From Phoronis australis (taxonomy: Eukaryota > Animalia > Phoronida), in contig NMRA01000799.1 in NCBI GenBank assembly GCA_002633005.1, positions 1 to 64,000 of the forward strand: a stretch of 64,000 nucleotides of DNA, in the 5' to 3' direction. Every line of letters begins with the position of its first letter. Position 1 is the stretch's first letter. The notes under the pieces were generated by a model. It ran no database searches. It was not told where the DNA came from and saw only the letters and a list, made by a program, of their open reading frames with translations. Positions 41,301-53,300 of the stretch are shown here, piece by piece. The translations under genes and the position numbers were made by a program.

Positions 41301-44300
41301 AACGCGCATAAAATGATGCACTTCCTCTTCATAATTGCTAAGTCACGCCCCTGTGGTTACCGGGCTGTAGGTTACTTGTCCATTCGCCAAATTGTACTGT
41401 CTAAGCCTAAATGAAACTTTCACTATCGCGAACCTGTCTCCACTTGCATCAATTCAAAATAATAATTCATAAAATGGAAGGTGGTAACTGATGACAGTTA
41501 AAGATCAGTTTGTGAAGTAGAGGCTTCAAACTGAGGAGTTCTTGTTATTAAGCTCCGTCAAAAGTTTGTTTTTTGATGTCTTTGTAATGTCATGCATGTG
41601 TGAATTGTCATCCAGTCTCTTAGCCATCATTCGTTGATATGCAGTTTATATCAGTATACAGAAAGATGTTCCCAAAAGGTACTACACCAACTTCAATGAC
41701 CGAAATTTAATGACGAAACTACGCTTAAGTAGGTAAAACAGTACGTGATCCACCAAGCAAGTCCAGCTCCTTAAACTTGACGATATCTGAGGCTGTCAGT
41801 GACAGTCGATGAAACTGACGATGCAAACATGAACGCCAAAATACCTTACAAAGTCAGTGATAAAACTTAGCCCACAGTTAGCATAAAATAAATAACGTGT
41901 GATTTAATTGTCAATTGCTTACAGTAATGACAAATCACGAGATTAACAATAATCAATGTCACAACACTCACTCATTCTGACACTGAGATTACAATCGAGG
42001 GCACTGATGGCGGATACAAAAAGATGGAAACAGGAACTCAGAACAGGTATCTCAAGGATTCGCCTAGCAGAACATGCATCAATGGTCGTGTCAACAACAT
42101 GTATTTTTGAAATGCACTAGTCAAGAGAATATGAAAAGTTTTTTGACTCATTTTACATTATAAACCCTACATACATGTAAGAGCCCAGAAACCTTATTCT
42201 GTCTTGTATTTTTGACGCTTTCACTCATACAGAAAGGCAAGGTAGCTAGGCTAACAAAAATGGGAAATAGCATAAAATTGGCATTTTAACCCAAAAACCA
42301 CCACGTCCCTACCTATGCGTGACATACATATTCCGAATGTGGTTCGAAAGTACTGCCAACCAACCAGATTTGTTTGAAATTCTGGCTTGTTCAATTGCTA
42401 CCTGAAATCGTAGTCGATTTTTCAGTTGCTACATAGCAATGCACAAATGCAACTGGAGGCAGCTATGATCTGAAGAAGAGCCTAGGTATAGCCGAACAAG
42501 TGGTCTTTCTGCATGTCCAACGTTTTGCAAATACATGCAAGCCACATTTACTAAAATTACGTGCAACATCTTCCTCAAATCTGCCACCGAACCTGATTTA
42601 ACCTTATAAATTACTTTTGGCATTGTAAATAGACCGCGGCTGCAGCCTAACAGTTCAGTACCACGAAAGTATTGTGCGAAATGAATAGTGCTGAAAATGC
42701 GTACTAGGAGGCAGCATTGATGGTGTCAAGGATACATCACAGTCGAGTTGAGTGAGGAGAGTTCAAGACAAACGAATAGAAGTCACTAAGTAAAACTAGA
42801 GAAAATAAAACTAAAATGACACTATATGAGCCATTACAGAAGCTGTAAAAGGCAAAGTTTTTTCCACGCTAAAGAAACTCTTACCTGCAGAATTTAATAA
42901 TTATGACTTTAATGCCCTGTACTCACTGCTCAAATGCTTTAAAATGCTTTGAAAATTAACATGTTTTCTAGAATATAAGCGAATTATATACCATTATGCT
43001 TTTTACCCAGTAGTTAGAAATGATACAGACTCAATAGTTATTTCTTTACTCTGCACGTGTAAGCGCAGAGTCCTGTTGTTCCTGGGTTTTCTTCAATTTT
43101 ATTCTAATTACTCTGCGCGTGTAAGCGCAGAGTACTGTTGTTCCTGAGTTTTCTACAGTTTTATTCTTCTTATTCTTATTCTTATTCTTATTCTTCTTCC
43201 GACCAAGTTTGACACTTAATAACTCCAAAATGGTTGCAGGTATGTTCTTCAAATTTTATATATGACTTTTGACAGTATATAAATTTTGATTGGTTATATA
43301 ATCATATTCCATATTGTACCGGAAGAGGTCGTTTGGTGCAAAGGTCATATAATTTTCAAAATGCTATTCCTCCTTCAGTTTTAAAGCTATCTTTTTCAAA
43401 TTTGGTGCACAGGTATAAGTCAACATGACAATTTAAAAATTACTTTACTAAGTAATCGGGTCAGCCAATCAGGTGAAATAGGTCAAAGGTCATTAGGTGC
43501 AAACTAAAATTTTGAGCTAGACACTTCAAATTGACAGGTCTGATTGCCACAGGTAAATCAAATCGGAATCCAAAGTTTCAGGTCATTTAGTGCAAACATG
43601 GGGTCATTAGGTGCATTTTTCTTCTGAAAATTTGACCTTTTCAATCAGCAAGTATTCTGATGTGTCAACCGTTAGACAACTGTGATTCTCAGCGTTAAAC
43701 ACATTTTCCATGGGCTTTGCAATAATTCTCCTAAAGATGCTTAAAATGCACCGGATAAGGTCAATTAGTGCAAAGGTCATGTAACGTTCAAAATGTTATA
43801 TCTCTTACGTTTTTCAAGGAATTCTTTTNNNNNNNNNNNNNNNNNNNNNNNNNNNNNNNNNNNNNNNNNNNNNNNNNNNNNNNNNNNNNNNNNNNNNNNN
43901 NNNNNNNNNNNNNNNNNNNNNNNNNNNNNNNNNNNNNNNNNNNNNNNNNNNNNNNNNNNNNNNNNNNNNNNNNNNNNNNNNNNNNNNNNNNNNNNNNNNN
44001 NNNNNNNNNNNNNNNNNNNNNNNNNNNNNNNNNNNNNNNNNNNNNNNNNNNNNNNNNNNNNNNNNNNNNNNNNNNNNNNNNNNNNNNNNNNNNNNNNNNN
44101 NNNNNNNNNNNNNNNNNNNNNNNNNNNNNNNNNNNNNNNNNNNNNNNNNNNNNNNNNNNNNNNNNNNNNNNNNNNNNNNNNNNNNNNNNNNNNNNNNNNN
44201 NNNNNNNNNNNNNNNNNNNNNNNNNNNNNNNNNNNNNNNNNNNNNNNNNNNNNNNNNNNNNNNNNNNNNNNNNNNNNNNNNNNNNNNNNNNNNNNNNNNN

Positions 44301-47300
44301 NNNNNNNNNNNNNNNNNNNNNNNNNNNNNNNNNNNNNNNNNNNNNNNNNNNNNNNNNNNNNNNNNNNNNNNNNNNNNNNNNNNNNNNNNNNNNNNNNNNN
44401 NNNNNNNNNNNNNNNNNNNNNNNNNNNNNNNNNNNNNNNNNNNNNNNNNNNNNNNNNNNNNNNNNNNNNNNNNNNNNNNNNNNNNNNNNNNNNNNNNNNN
44501 NNNNNNNNNNNNNNNNNNNNNNNNNNNNNNNNNNNNNNNNNNNNNNNNNTGTGTGTGTGTGTGTGTGTGAGTGAGTGAATGCAGACGTGTTTTGTTCTCA
44601 ATAGAAGATTGAAACAAACTCGACAGCGGCCAGATAGTCAACACACTGAACTGGTCCCAAACTTAGGCTCATCAAAAGTCTGGTCGTCGAAAATCGAAAT
44701 TTTGGACTAAACATTTCGTTAGCTCAAGACATAGAAATTGGATTTTACGAGCAAGTTGTTTACTATACACCCGTGAGCTCCATTCCGACGTCTTTCTAAC
44801 ACACATGTAGCAAACACGAGGTGTTTACTTGTGTTATGCCATTAATTGTAAACACTCGATAGTCTCCATTATGGGAAACGAATATCCCTTCATTTAAGTC
44901 ATATTCAATGTACATCACTTGCGTTAAAGTTCTGTGTTGCCTTTTTGCAATATCCCTGAGTCACGAAGCCAAACAGCAGTTTTTTCAAGCAAGTTCAGAT
45001 TTCAACTTTCCTGATTTGTGTTTTCAGGTGACCCATGTGACAACTCTTACCCGGAGGGCGGCTGTGAGCAGCTCTGTTTTGGAAAGCCCAGCAACAAATC
45101 TGTTGTGTGCAAGTGTGCGTTTGGCTTGAAACTGGCCAAAGACAACCGCACGTGTGTCCCTGGTGAGTGCATCATTGTTGCGGCTTGCGTGATTTCTTAG
45201 CTTTGTCTATAATAGTTTTTGTAGTACTGTTGACAAGTTCTGAACTGTCATCTGACACGTGTACTAGCAAATTTTAATTAAGTAGTTTACAGGTTTCCAT
45301 TGGAAACTGATCAAATGCATCGGCACAGGTTAAAAACTTGCCCTAGCCCTTACCAAGGGATTACTTACTATGGTGAGTCAAAATAAGATGTCGAGGATCC
45401 CCGTGTTTCGTGTTGGTTTACTAGTTTAGTCGATTTCTGTTAGTCCAGGTGATGCTGTTTTACATACATGTATTAGAGAAGATACAATGTTGTTAAATAA
45501 CTGCCTACAAGGTGTTGTGTCTAGCACGCCAGGTACATTTTCGTATGCCTGAACACTTTATTGGAAAAAGCTAATGAGGCAGCTTAATCTTTTGTACAAG
45601 TTCCATTTTTGTCAACTTAAAGCAGTTCAAGCATCTAATTATATGATGTATATTAATGAACTGATCTACATGTAAATTGCTTTCCAGCTTATCCTTTGCT
45701 GGAATATGAGTTTGTTCAAGTGTCCAGTGAAACGCGAGGGGTGTTCCAGATAAACATCGGGGATGGAAACAAAGTCTCTGCTTTTAAGGTAGCCATTGCG
45801 ATCCTGCTGTAGATATTAATCAAAATATTCATCTTAGGTTTCAGCAAACTTAAGTTGTGAGCAATTGTGTGTTGCCTGGCACAACAAACAAAGAACAGAA
45901 ACTGTGAATTTGACGCTAGAGCATTCATCGTGTGTTACCTACCCTAGCTATGTTGATTGAGGCAGTGATGGAGTGAGCATTTTGTCAGTTTTTAGTGACT
46001 AAGGTAGTAATCCGTGCAAGGTGTAAGTTAAAACATTTCTTGCTCAAACTGAAATCTCAGTAAGTGTTAAGATTAAACTTCCCATACTTAAACACAACGG
46101 AGGGTTTGGCGCTACAGCCGAACCTTTGTGGCTAGAAAAACATGACAAAGTAACAGTTTTTTATCGAAACTTCTAGTTAATTGCGTGAACAGGTGTATCA
46201 TGTTTACCTGTGATCAAATTAGAAGTATGTAGCATTTCAAATTAGTGTAAGGTTTATTGAGAAATGGCTGCTAATTGTTATCAATCAAAAACCTGAGAAC
46301 TGATTCAGGAAATGAACGCTTGTATACAACCGGTTTCTTTAGACTAACCCCACCGCCATGATGACAAAAACTGTGTACGACGGAAAATACAAGCAAATCT
46401 ACTGGATCGATGGCTTGAACGTGAAGCGGTCCGCCTCAAACGATTCCATGAAAGTCATCACACTGAGATCAGATGCAGGTATATGTTTAGTTGATGAAGG
46501 TGTGTCTTCATTTTCTTAAGTGGCCATATTGTTTGAAATGATCTGTTGTGCTGGGAGTAGTAGACTTGATAGTCTGATCCAGACAGTGTAGTACAGGGAT
46601 TAATTGAAATTTTCCTGTTGAAGGATTTCATATTTTTGGTTTTGATTTCCTCTCATTTGATTCCCGTTTCCTTTTTTGTCTTTTTACCATTCATGTCATT
46701 ATTTGTGCAAAGTTGCTCTGCCTTTCAGGGGCCATGTACAGCGACCTTGCTTTTGAATCCAACATCAGGATCCTTTACGTAGTCGACTCAAAGCAGGAAC
46801 AGGTGTTAGCTTATAGTGTTGACACTAAGCAATGGAAGACCGTCTTGGCCAAGCCGAATATTGACAAACCACTGTCAATTGCACTACATTCCGCTTCAGG
46901 GTAGAGTATTGAAAATTTGCTTTTTATCCTCAACACTGCTTAGCTCGTGTTGGTAACTATACCTGAAGGCAGGACAGAGAATGGGTTTCTCTCTCTCATT
47001 TTGTTGTGTATCTTACTTTTTCAAATAAAGTAGACACTCCATGAACTACGCAGTGAAACGAACAGAATTGAACTGAACACTGAACTGATTTATTCTACAT
47101 ATCACAACAATATGTATACACACAACTACATAACAACATATGATTCGTTACCTATGACACACTTCCTATACTAGGAATCGCATGATATAATACCAATTAA
47201 ACTACTAAACTCATAAACAATAACAACCTACAAACATCCTGTTATTGTGTGACTAAGTACACAACACTCTCCCTCACTAAATATAAAGTAGGCTCTTGTT

Positions 47301-50300
47301 AAGAAAATAAACTAATCAAGTTCACTATATCAATTACATGCACGCTAACATATTAGTCATCATATCCAAATCTAACAGGTTCTTTTCTATTCCTTGTTGA
47401 TCTTCTTAATTCAACATTAGGTTTCTCAGTAACATCTGATTCAACAACTCTATCTTCCGATTGACTCATTTCACTGTCAACAAATTCTCTGTCATCATTT
47501 CCAGACACCAGTTGTTTACTACAAGTGTCACTTTCAATTACTGGTACATCACTGTTATGGTTAGACTCTTCAAGACTAACATCTGGAAACATTTCATCAT
47601 TGGAATAACAACATGGTCAGGCTTGACACTTTCACAATCAGCTGATTCACCAACATCAGATTTGAAACTTCGTATGCAACAATTGATCAACATGTCTTTT
47701 CCACACTCCACTGTTAACCTGTACCTCATATATCAGAGAACCCAGTTTACGTGTAACAATACCTGGTATCCACTTCTCTTTACCAATGTAATTTCTCGCA
47801 AGTACATTATCACCAACATTAAAGACTCTCACATGATAACCTTTACTTTTGTCTTCCATGATTTTGTGAAATTTCTCTGCCATTTTGGAAATCAGGTTTC
47901 ACCAAATCTAAACGATTTCTTAGGCGTCTCTTCATGAACAGCATTGCTGGTGTTTCATTTGTAGTACTGTGCGGCGCATTTCGATATGCTAACAAAAAAA
48001 TATCCAGTTTGTTTTGAATCGAACCGCTTTCAGGTTTTGCAGCTTTCAATCCTTGCTTTAATTAACGTACAAATCTTTCAGATTGACTATTAGTAGATGG
48101 ATGAAATGGTGTATTTAATTTATGATTAATCCCTTTTTCACTTACATGTACAAATCTCTTGAATTCACCGGAAGTGACCTGTGGACCATTGTCCGAAACT
48201 AAGATCTTTGGAAATCCATATCTACTAAACAATGAATTGAGAATACTGATAGTTTTCCCACTTGTAGTTCGCTTCATGATAAAAACCTCTGGCCATTTAG
48301 AAAATGCATCTACCATTATGAAAAACATTTTGTTTTCGTAGGGTCCTGCAAAATCTATATGAATACGCTCCCATGGTTGAGAATTTGGTATCCATGAATG
48401 TAATGGTGCTTGAGTTGGATTGTTTCGGATGAGTTGACAAGACTTGCAATTTCTTGCAATTTGCTCTATGGATTTGTCCAAGTTTAGCAACCATACATAT
48501 GAATGAGCAACAGCTTTCATTTTCACAACCCCAATATGCCCGAAAAGCAATTCATTTAATACCTTATTTCTACATTTTGGCGGTATTATTACTCTTAATC
48601 CCTAAAATAAACATCCATTTTCTATTGTAAGCTCATTTCTCCTGTAGAAAAAAGGCTTCAATACTTCATCAGTTTCAGACAATTTCTTTGGCCAACCAGC
48701 AATGGTGTACCTCATAACTCTTGATAAAACATGATCATTCCGCGTTTCCCGTTTTATAAGGTTATTTTCCACAGGCAAAATATCAACATGGAATACCTGA
48801 GCATAAGTTGGCTCATATTCATTTTCAGCTTCTTGACAATCTTTAACTGGTGATCTAGATAAACAGTCCGCGTTTGCGTTGGATTTGCTATTACGAAATT
48901 TGATATCGTAGTTGAATCCAGACAAATACATTGCCCATCTTTGCATCCTTTCTGCTGCTAAAATAGGTAAGTCGGTTTTTGGACCAAAAATCGCAACAAG
49001 TGGTTTGTTGTCAGTAATCAGTAAATTTCCGACCATACAAATACGGATAGAACCGTTTCATAGCAAAGATTATCGCCAATGCTTCTCTTTCAATTTGAGG
49101 GTATTTCCTTTCTGTTTTACTCAGACTACGTGAAGCAAATTGAATAGGTCTTTCTTCAACATCTACAATGTGCGACAATACCGCACCTACACCTTCAGGA
49201 GATGCATCTGTTGCCATGGTTACTGATATTTCTGAGTTAAAATGAACCAGGAATCCAGATTCTTTCAACAAGTTTTTTGACTTTTGAAAAGCTTTTTTAG
49301 TTTTGGCTGTCCACTCAAACTTAGTGGATTTCTGCAACATTGCAGTCAAAGGCGCAATAACTGTGGACTTATCTTTTATGTAGCGTCTGTAGTAATGTAG
49401 AAGACCCAAATAACTCCTTAGACCAGACCCATCTTTTGGTAATGGCATGTTCATAATCAAATCGACCTTTTTCTTAGATTTATGAACTCCAGTTTTGTCA
49501 ATAACGTGGCCCAAGTACTCTACTGAATCCTTCATGAATTCACATTTGGATTTTCTCAATCTCAATCCATATTCTTTCAATCAATCTAGAACTTTGTCTA
49601 AATTTTTCAAATGCTCTTCGTAAGATTTGCCTGTAACCATTATGTCATCCAGGTAAACTCCTGACAAGCCTTGTAACACTTGTTCAACTGCATTTTGCCA
49701 CAGAGAGGGGGCACTAGTGATTCCGAAAACAAGACGATTCTGGGTGAACAACCCTTTGTGTGTCGCAATTGTCAAATACTTTTTTGATTCGTCAGTGAGC
49801 TCCATTTGATTGTACGCATGAGCTAGATCCAATTTCGAAAAACTGACCCCTCCTCTCAAATTAGCCAAAATTTCCTCAATATTGATATTGGGAGGTGCCA
49901 CTGGTTTGAGATTCGGATTTACAATAGTTCTGTAATTTCCACATATTCTCACAGAACCATCAGATTTCTGAACAGTGACAATGCTTGTGCTCCAATCACT
50001 ATGTTCAACAGGTGTAAGAAAGCCACATTTAACTAGTCTATCTAGTTCTTCATCAACTTTCGGTTTGACCGCAAATGGCACCCTATATGGTTTACTTCTT
50101 ACAGGCATGCTCCATTCCTTCAACTGAACATGGGCCTTAATATTCTTCAAAGTGCCTAATTTGTTTTCAAACAAATCACTATGTTTGTTTAACACTGGCT
50201 CAAGTGAATGAAGTCTGTTGACAGGCAGCGCAGGTTTCCTTTTAGACAGTAAGTCACCCCAATTGAGTTTCAGATGAGTTAACCATGACCTGCCTAGTAA

Positions 50301-53300
50301 ATTATGTTTACACTGCTTGACAACATGCAAACACAGATCACAGGACTGATCTTCGTACTGGACATTTACAAGAAACTTACCTACAGCTTTAACAATCTCA
50401 CCCGTGAAACTTGTAAACACTCGCTTAGATGGTTTCAATTCAATTTGGTTTTCAAACAGACTTACATACAAATCATATGGTATGATGGAGTCATGGCTGC
50501 CAGTGTCCATTTCCATCTCTAGATAATGACCACCAACATTTAGTGTCACGTAGATAGCGTCATCTGTTCCCGTGTTATTTACGCTATATTCTGTATCGCT
50601 GACCTCGCTGTCGTTTGGGTCGCCTCCAGCTTGGAGTATACGCCTCGTGCTAGGCTGTCTCCCACATGCAACTTTAATGTGCCCCTTTTTCTTACACTTG
50701 TGACACGTTGAATTCTTGAACCAACATTGATCCGGATGGTGTGAGGGCTTGGCACATCTATAGCACTCTGTGCTGGTTTTCCCCTTTGGTCTTGTTTTAG
50801 GATTGTCAACTCGCCGGCTTTTCTGGTCCCAATTTTTCCTTTTGGCCTTCATCACTTTACGCCAGTGGAAGCTATTTCACCTTGCAAGGTTTTGTTTTCC
50901 ATGAAAGTATTTTCTCTGGGTAAGGCGAACTCGACAGTTTCATTAAACGTCAGTTCCTTTTCCCTTGGCTTCTCAAGCAACTTTAGCGAAGTCTGCTCAT
51001 TAGCAATTCCACTAATAAGTCTGTCCCTCAATTGCTCTTCCAGTTTATCACCAAACTTGCAGGTAAGACTGAGGTGTTTGAGCGTGACTACATAGTCCGT
51101 AATCGACTCACCTCTATTTTGGTCTCGTTTGATAAACTTTCTCCTTTCCGCAATTGTCAGTCGTGGTCCTGCCAAGTGTTTCGTCAGAGTTTCCTTTAGC
51201 TCTACGTATGTTTTCTGGTTGGGATTGGCTGGGCTGATCAGATCCCGTACAATTCCATAATACTTCTTGCCAATGGAATGCAAGAACATTGCTGCCACTT
51301 GCTTCTTCGTGAAATCTGTTTCCCAATTCGCTTCTAGAAACAGTTCAAATCTTTCCAAGTAGCATTCCCACTCCTCGCTACCATCATATTCACTGGAAAA
51401 CGGGAGCAGGTAACTTTGTGAGCTCGCAGTCATCTCGTCGCCACTGTTGTGTATCTTACTTTGTCAAATAAAGTAGACACTCCATGAACTACGCAGTGAA
51501 ACGAACAGAATTGAACTGAACACTGAACTGATTTATTCTACATATCACAACAATGTATATACACACAACTACATAACAACATATGATGCGTTACCTATGA
51601 CACACTTCCTACACTAGGAATCGCAAAACATAATGCCAATTAAACTACTGAACTCATAAACAATAACAACCTACAAACATCATGTTATTGTGTGACTACA
51701 CAACACATTTGGCTGCCAACTGGTGAATTGTTTGGTCTTTCCAAGTTAGAAAATAAAGTTCACGAAGAGACCCATTTTAATTGTCCTAAATAAAATTTCC
51801 GAAGGCGTGTCGAATGAAGCCAATGTCTGCTTACGAAAAGAAAAATGTTTTCCTTAAAAGAAACCCCTGACATCAATTATTTTTGTACTCCTCAATGGCC
51901 ATATCAACTGGATATTTTGTGCAAAAATAAAAGCTGAACATTTGTAGCTGTATGACTATTTTTTTAAACTAGACTATTTTTTCGTCTAAATTACTTTTCT
52001 TTTTCTATCAACGTAATTCTTAAGACCATAATTTTTCACTCCGTGTATCTGGCATATTTCATTCAGGTCTACTTAGTTCTTTAATTTTACGGTGTATTTG
52101 CTGAGGAACCAATCAGCGGCATTATTCCACGTCAGAATGTATTTGTCATTAGAGGCCTCCCTTAATGGAAGATAACTTCTTCACACGATCATGCATTCGT
52201 GTACATGTACATCATAAAAGGCTTCACTTTTTGACGATTCCTGTTTTTGCAGAACGATGTACATTGGTCGGTATGGCAGTATCGTCAAGACAACCATGGA
52301 TGGAAAAATGGTGACTAGAGTGGTATACAATGTCCAAGCACCAATTGCAATCGCCCTGTACATTGATATCAAGTTTCAGGGAAATTACGGACACTACGAC
52401 CCTGGCTCTCCGTCAGACTGTAAGCGAAGGCTGGTGCAACACATAGTGTATTGTGGGTGACTTTGAGCTCATGTGGGTTGTGTTTAACGGAAACATACAT
52501 CCAACTAATGTTCATTTTTGAAAAAAAACGTTTGTCCAAGGCATTGTAATCTTTCAAAAATACGCAAGCGACCTCTATATGCTTGGCATATTGACCGGTA
52601 ATGTTGCATGTCTGTTGCAGTCACCGGTTCATTACCAATATTAATTTGCATTAAAAAGGTTCATCATCGCAGTAAAAAATTTCTCTTCGATAAATTAAGC
52701 TTGAACTGATAAATCGATGTTCAATTGTCCAGTGGGCTTTGAGGTTTTTTAGTGGTTTTGCCTTTCAAAAACTAGGTCAGTTTTAAAAGTTAACGTTTTT
52801 CTACCTTTCAAAAGGGGAGAGTTGATTTCAAGCACAAGAAACGTTGTCGCAATTTTGAAAAATTGTCATATCTTCTCTTAGATATAGACACTATTGAAAT
52901 AGATACTTATGGAAGAGAATATAGATAATAATTCAGATGTGCGTTGAATCTTTCTTGAATTTCAGCTTTATACATCGTTGTAGACTACTCATGTTTAATG
53001 TATGGTTGGACAAAGTGATAAAATTATTTTTACCTTTTCCATTGTACTTACTAATGGACTTACCCTAAGTATCTAACACCCGAAATTGACCAAACTGCCT
53101 CTAAAGGATAACATCCTACATGGAAATTTGGTTGGGGATTGTGGGCTAGTAGTTAAACCATTCCGTCAGTTTCATTTCCTGGTTTGATCACCTCAGTATC
53201 CAAAAAGTCCATTAGTCTCAACACATTATACTTGGAGATCTGCAAAAATAGCATTGATTATATATTAATTGAAAAGCAATTAGCTTGTTTTCCGTAGATT

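Larger units (their letters stand above)
47002..51705 (-). mobile_element. Full-length decayed Ty3/Gypsy LTR retrotransposon (Mag-like)
   Basis: TG...CA LTRs 47002-47266 and 51445-51705; 5-bp TSD CATTT (46997-47001, 51706-51710); empty site at 60011-60015; gag-PR-RT-RH-IN order. Confidence 0.97.
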
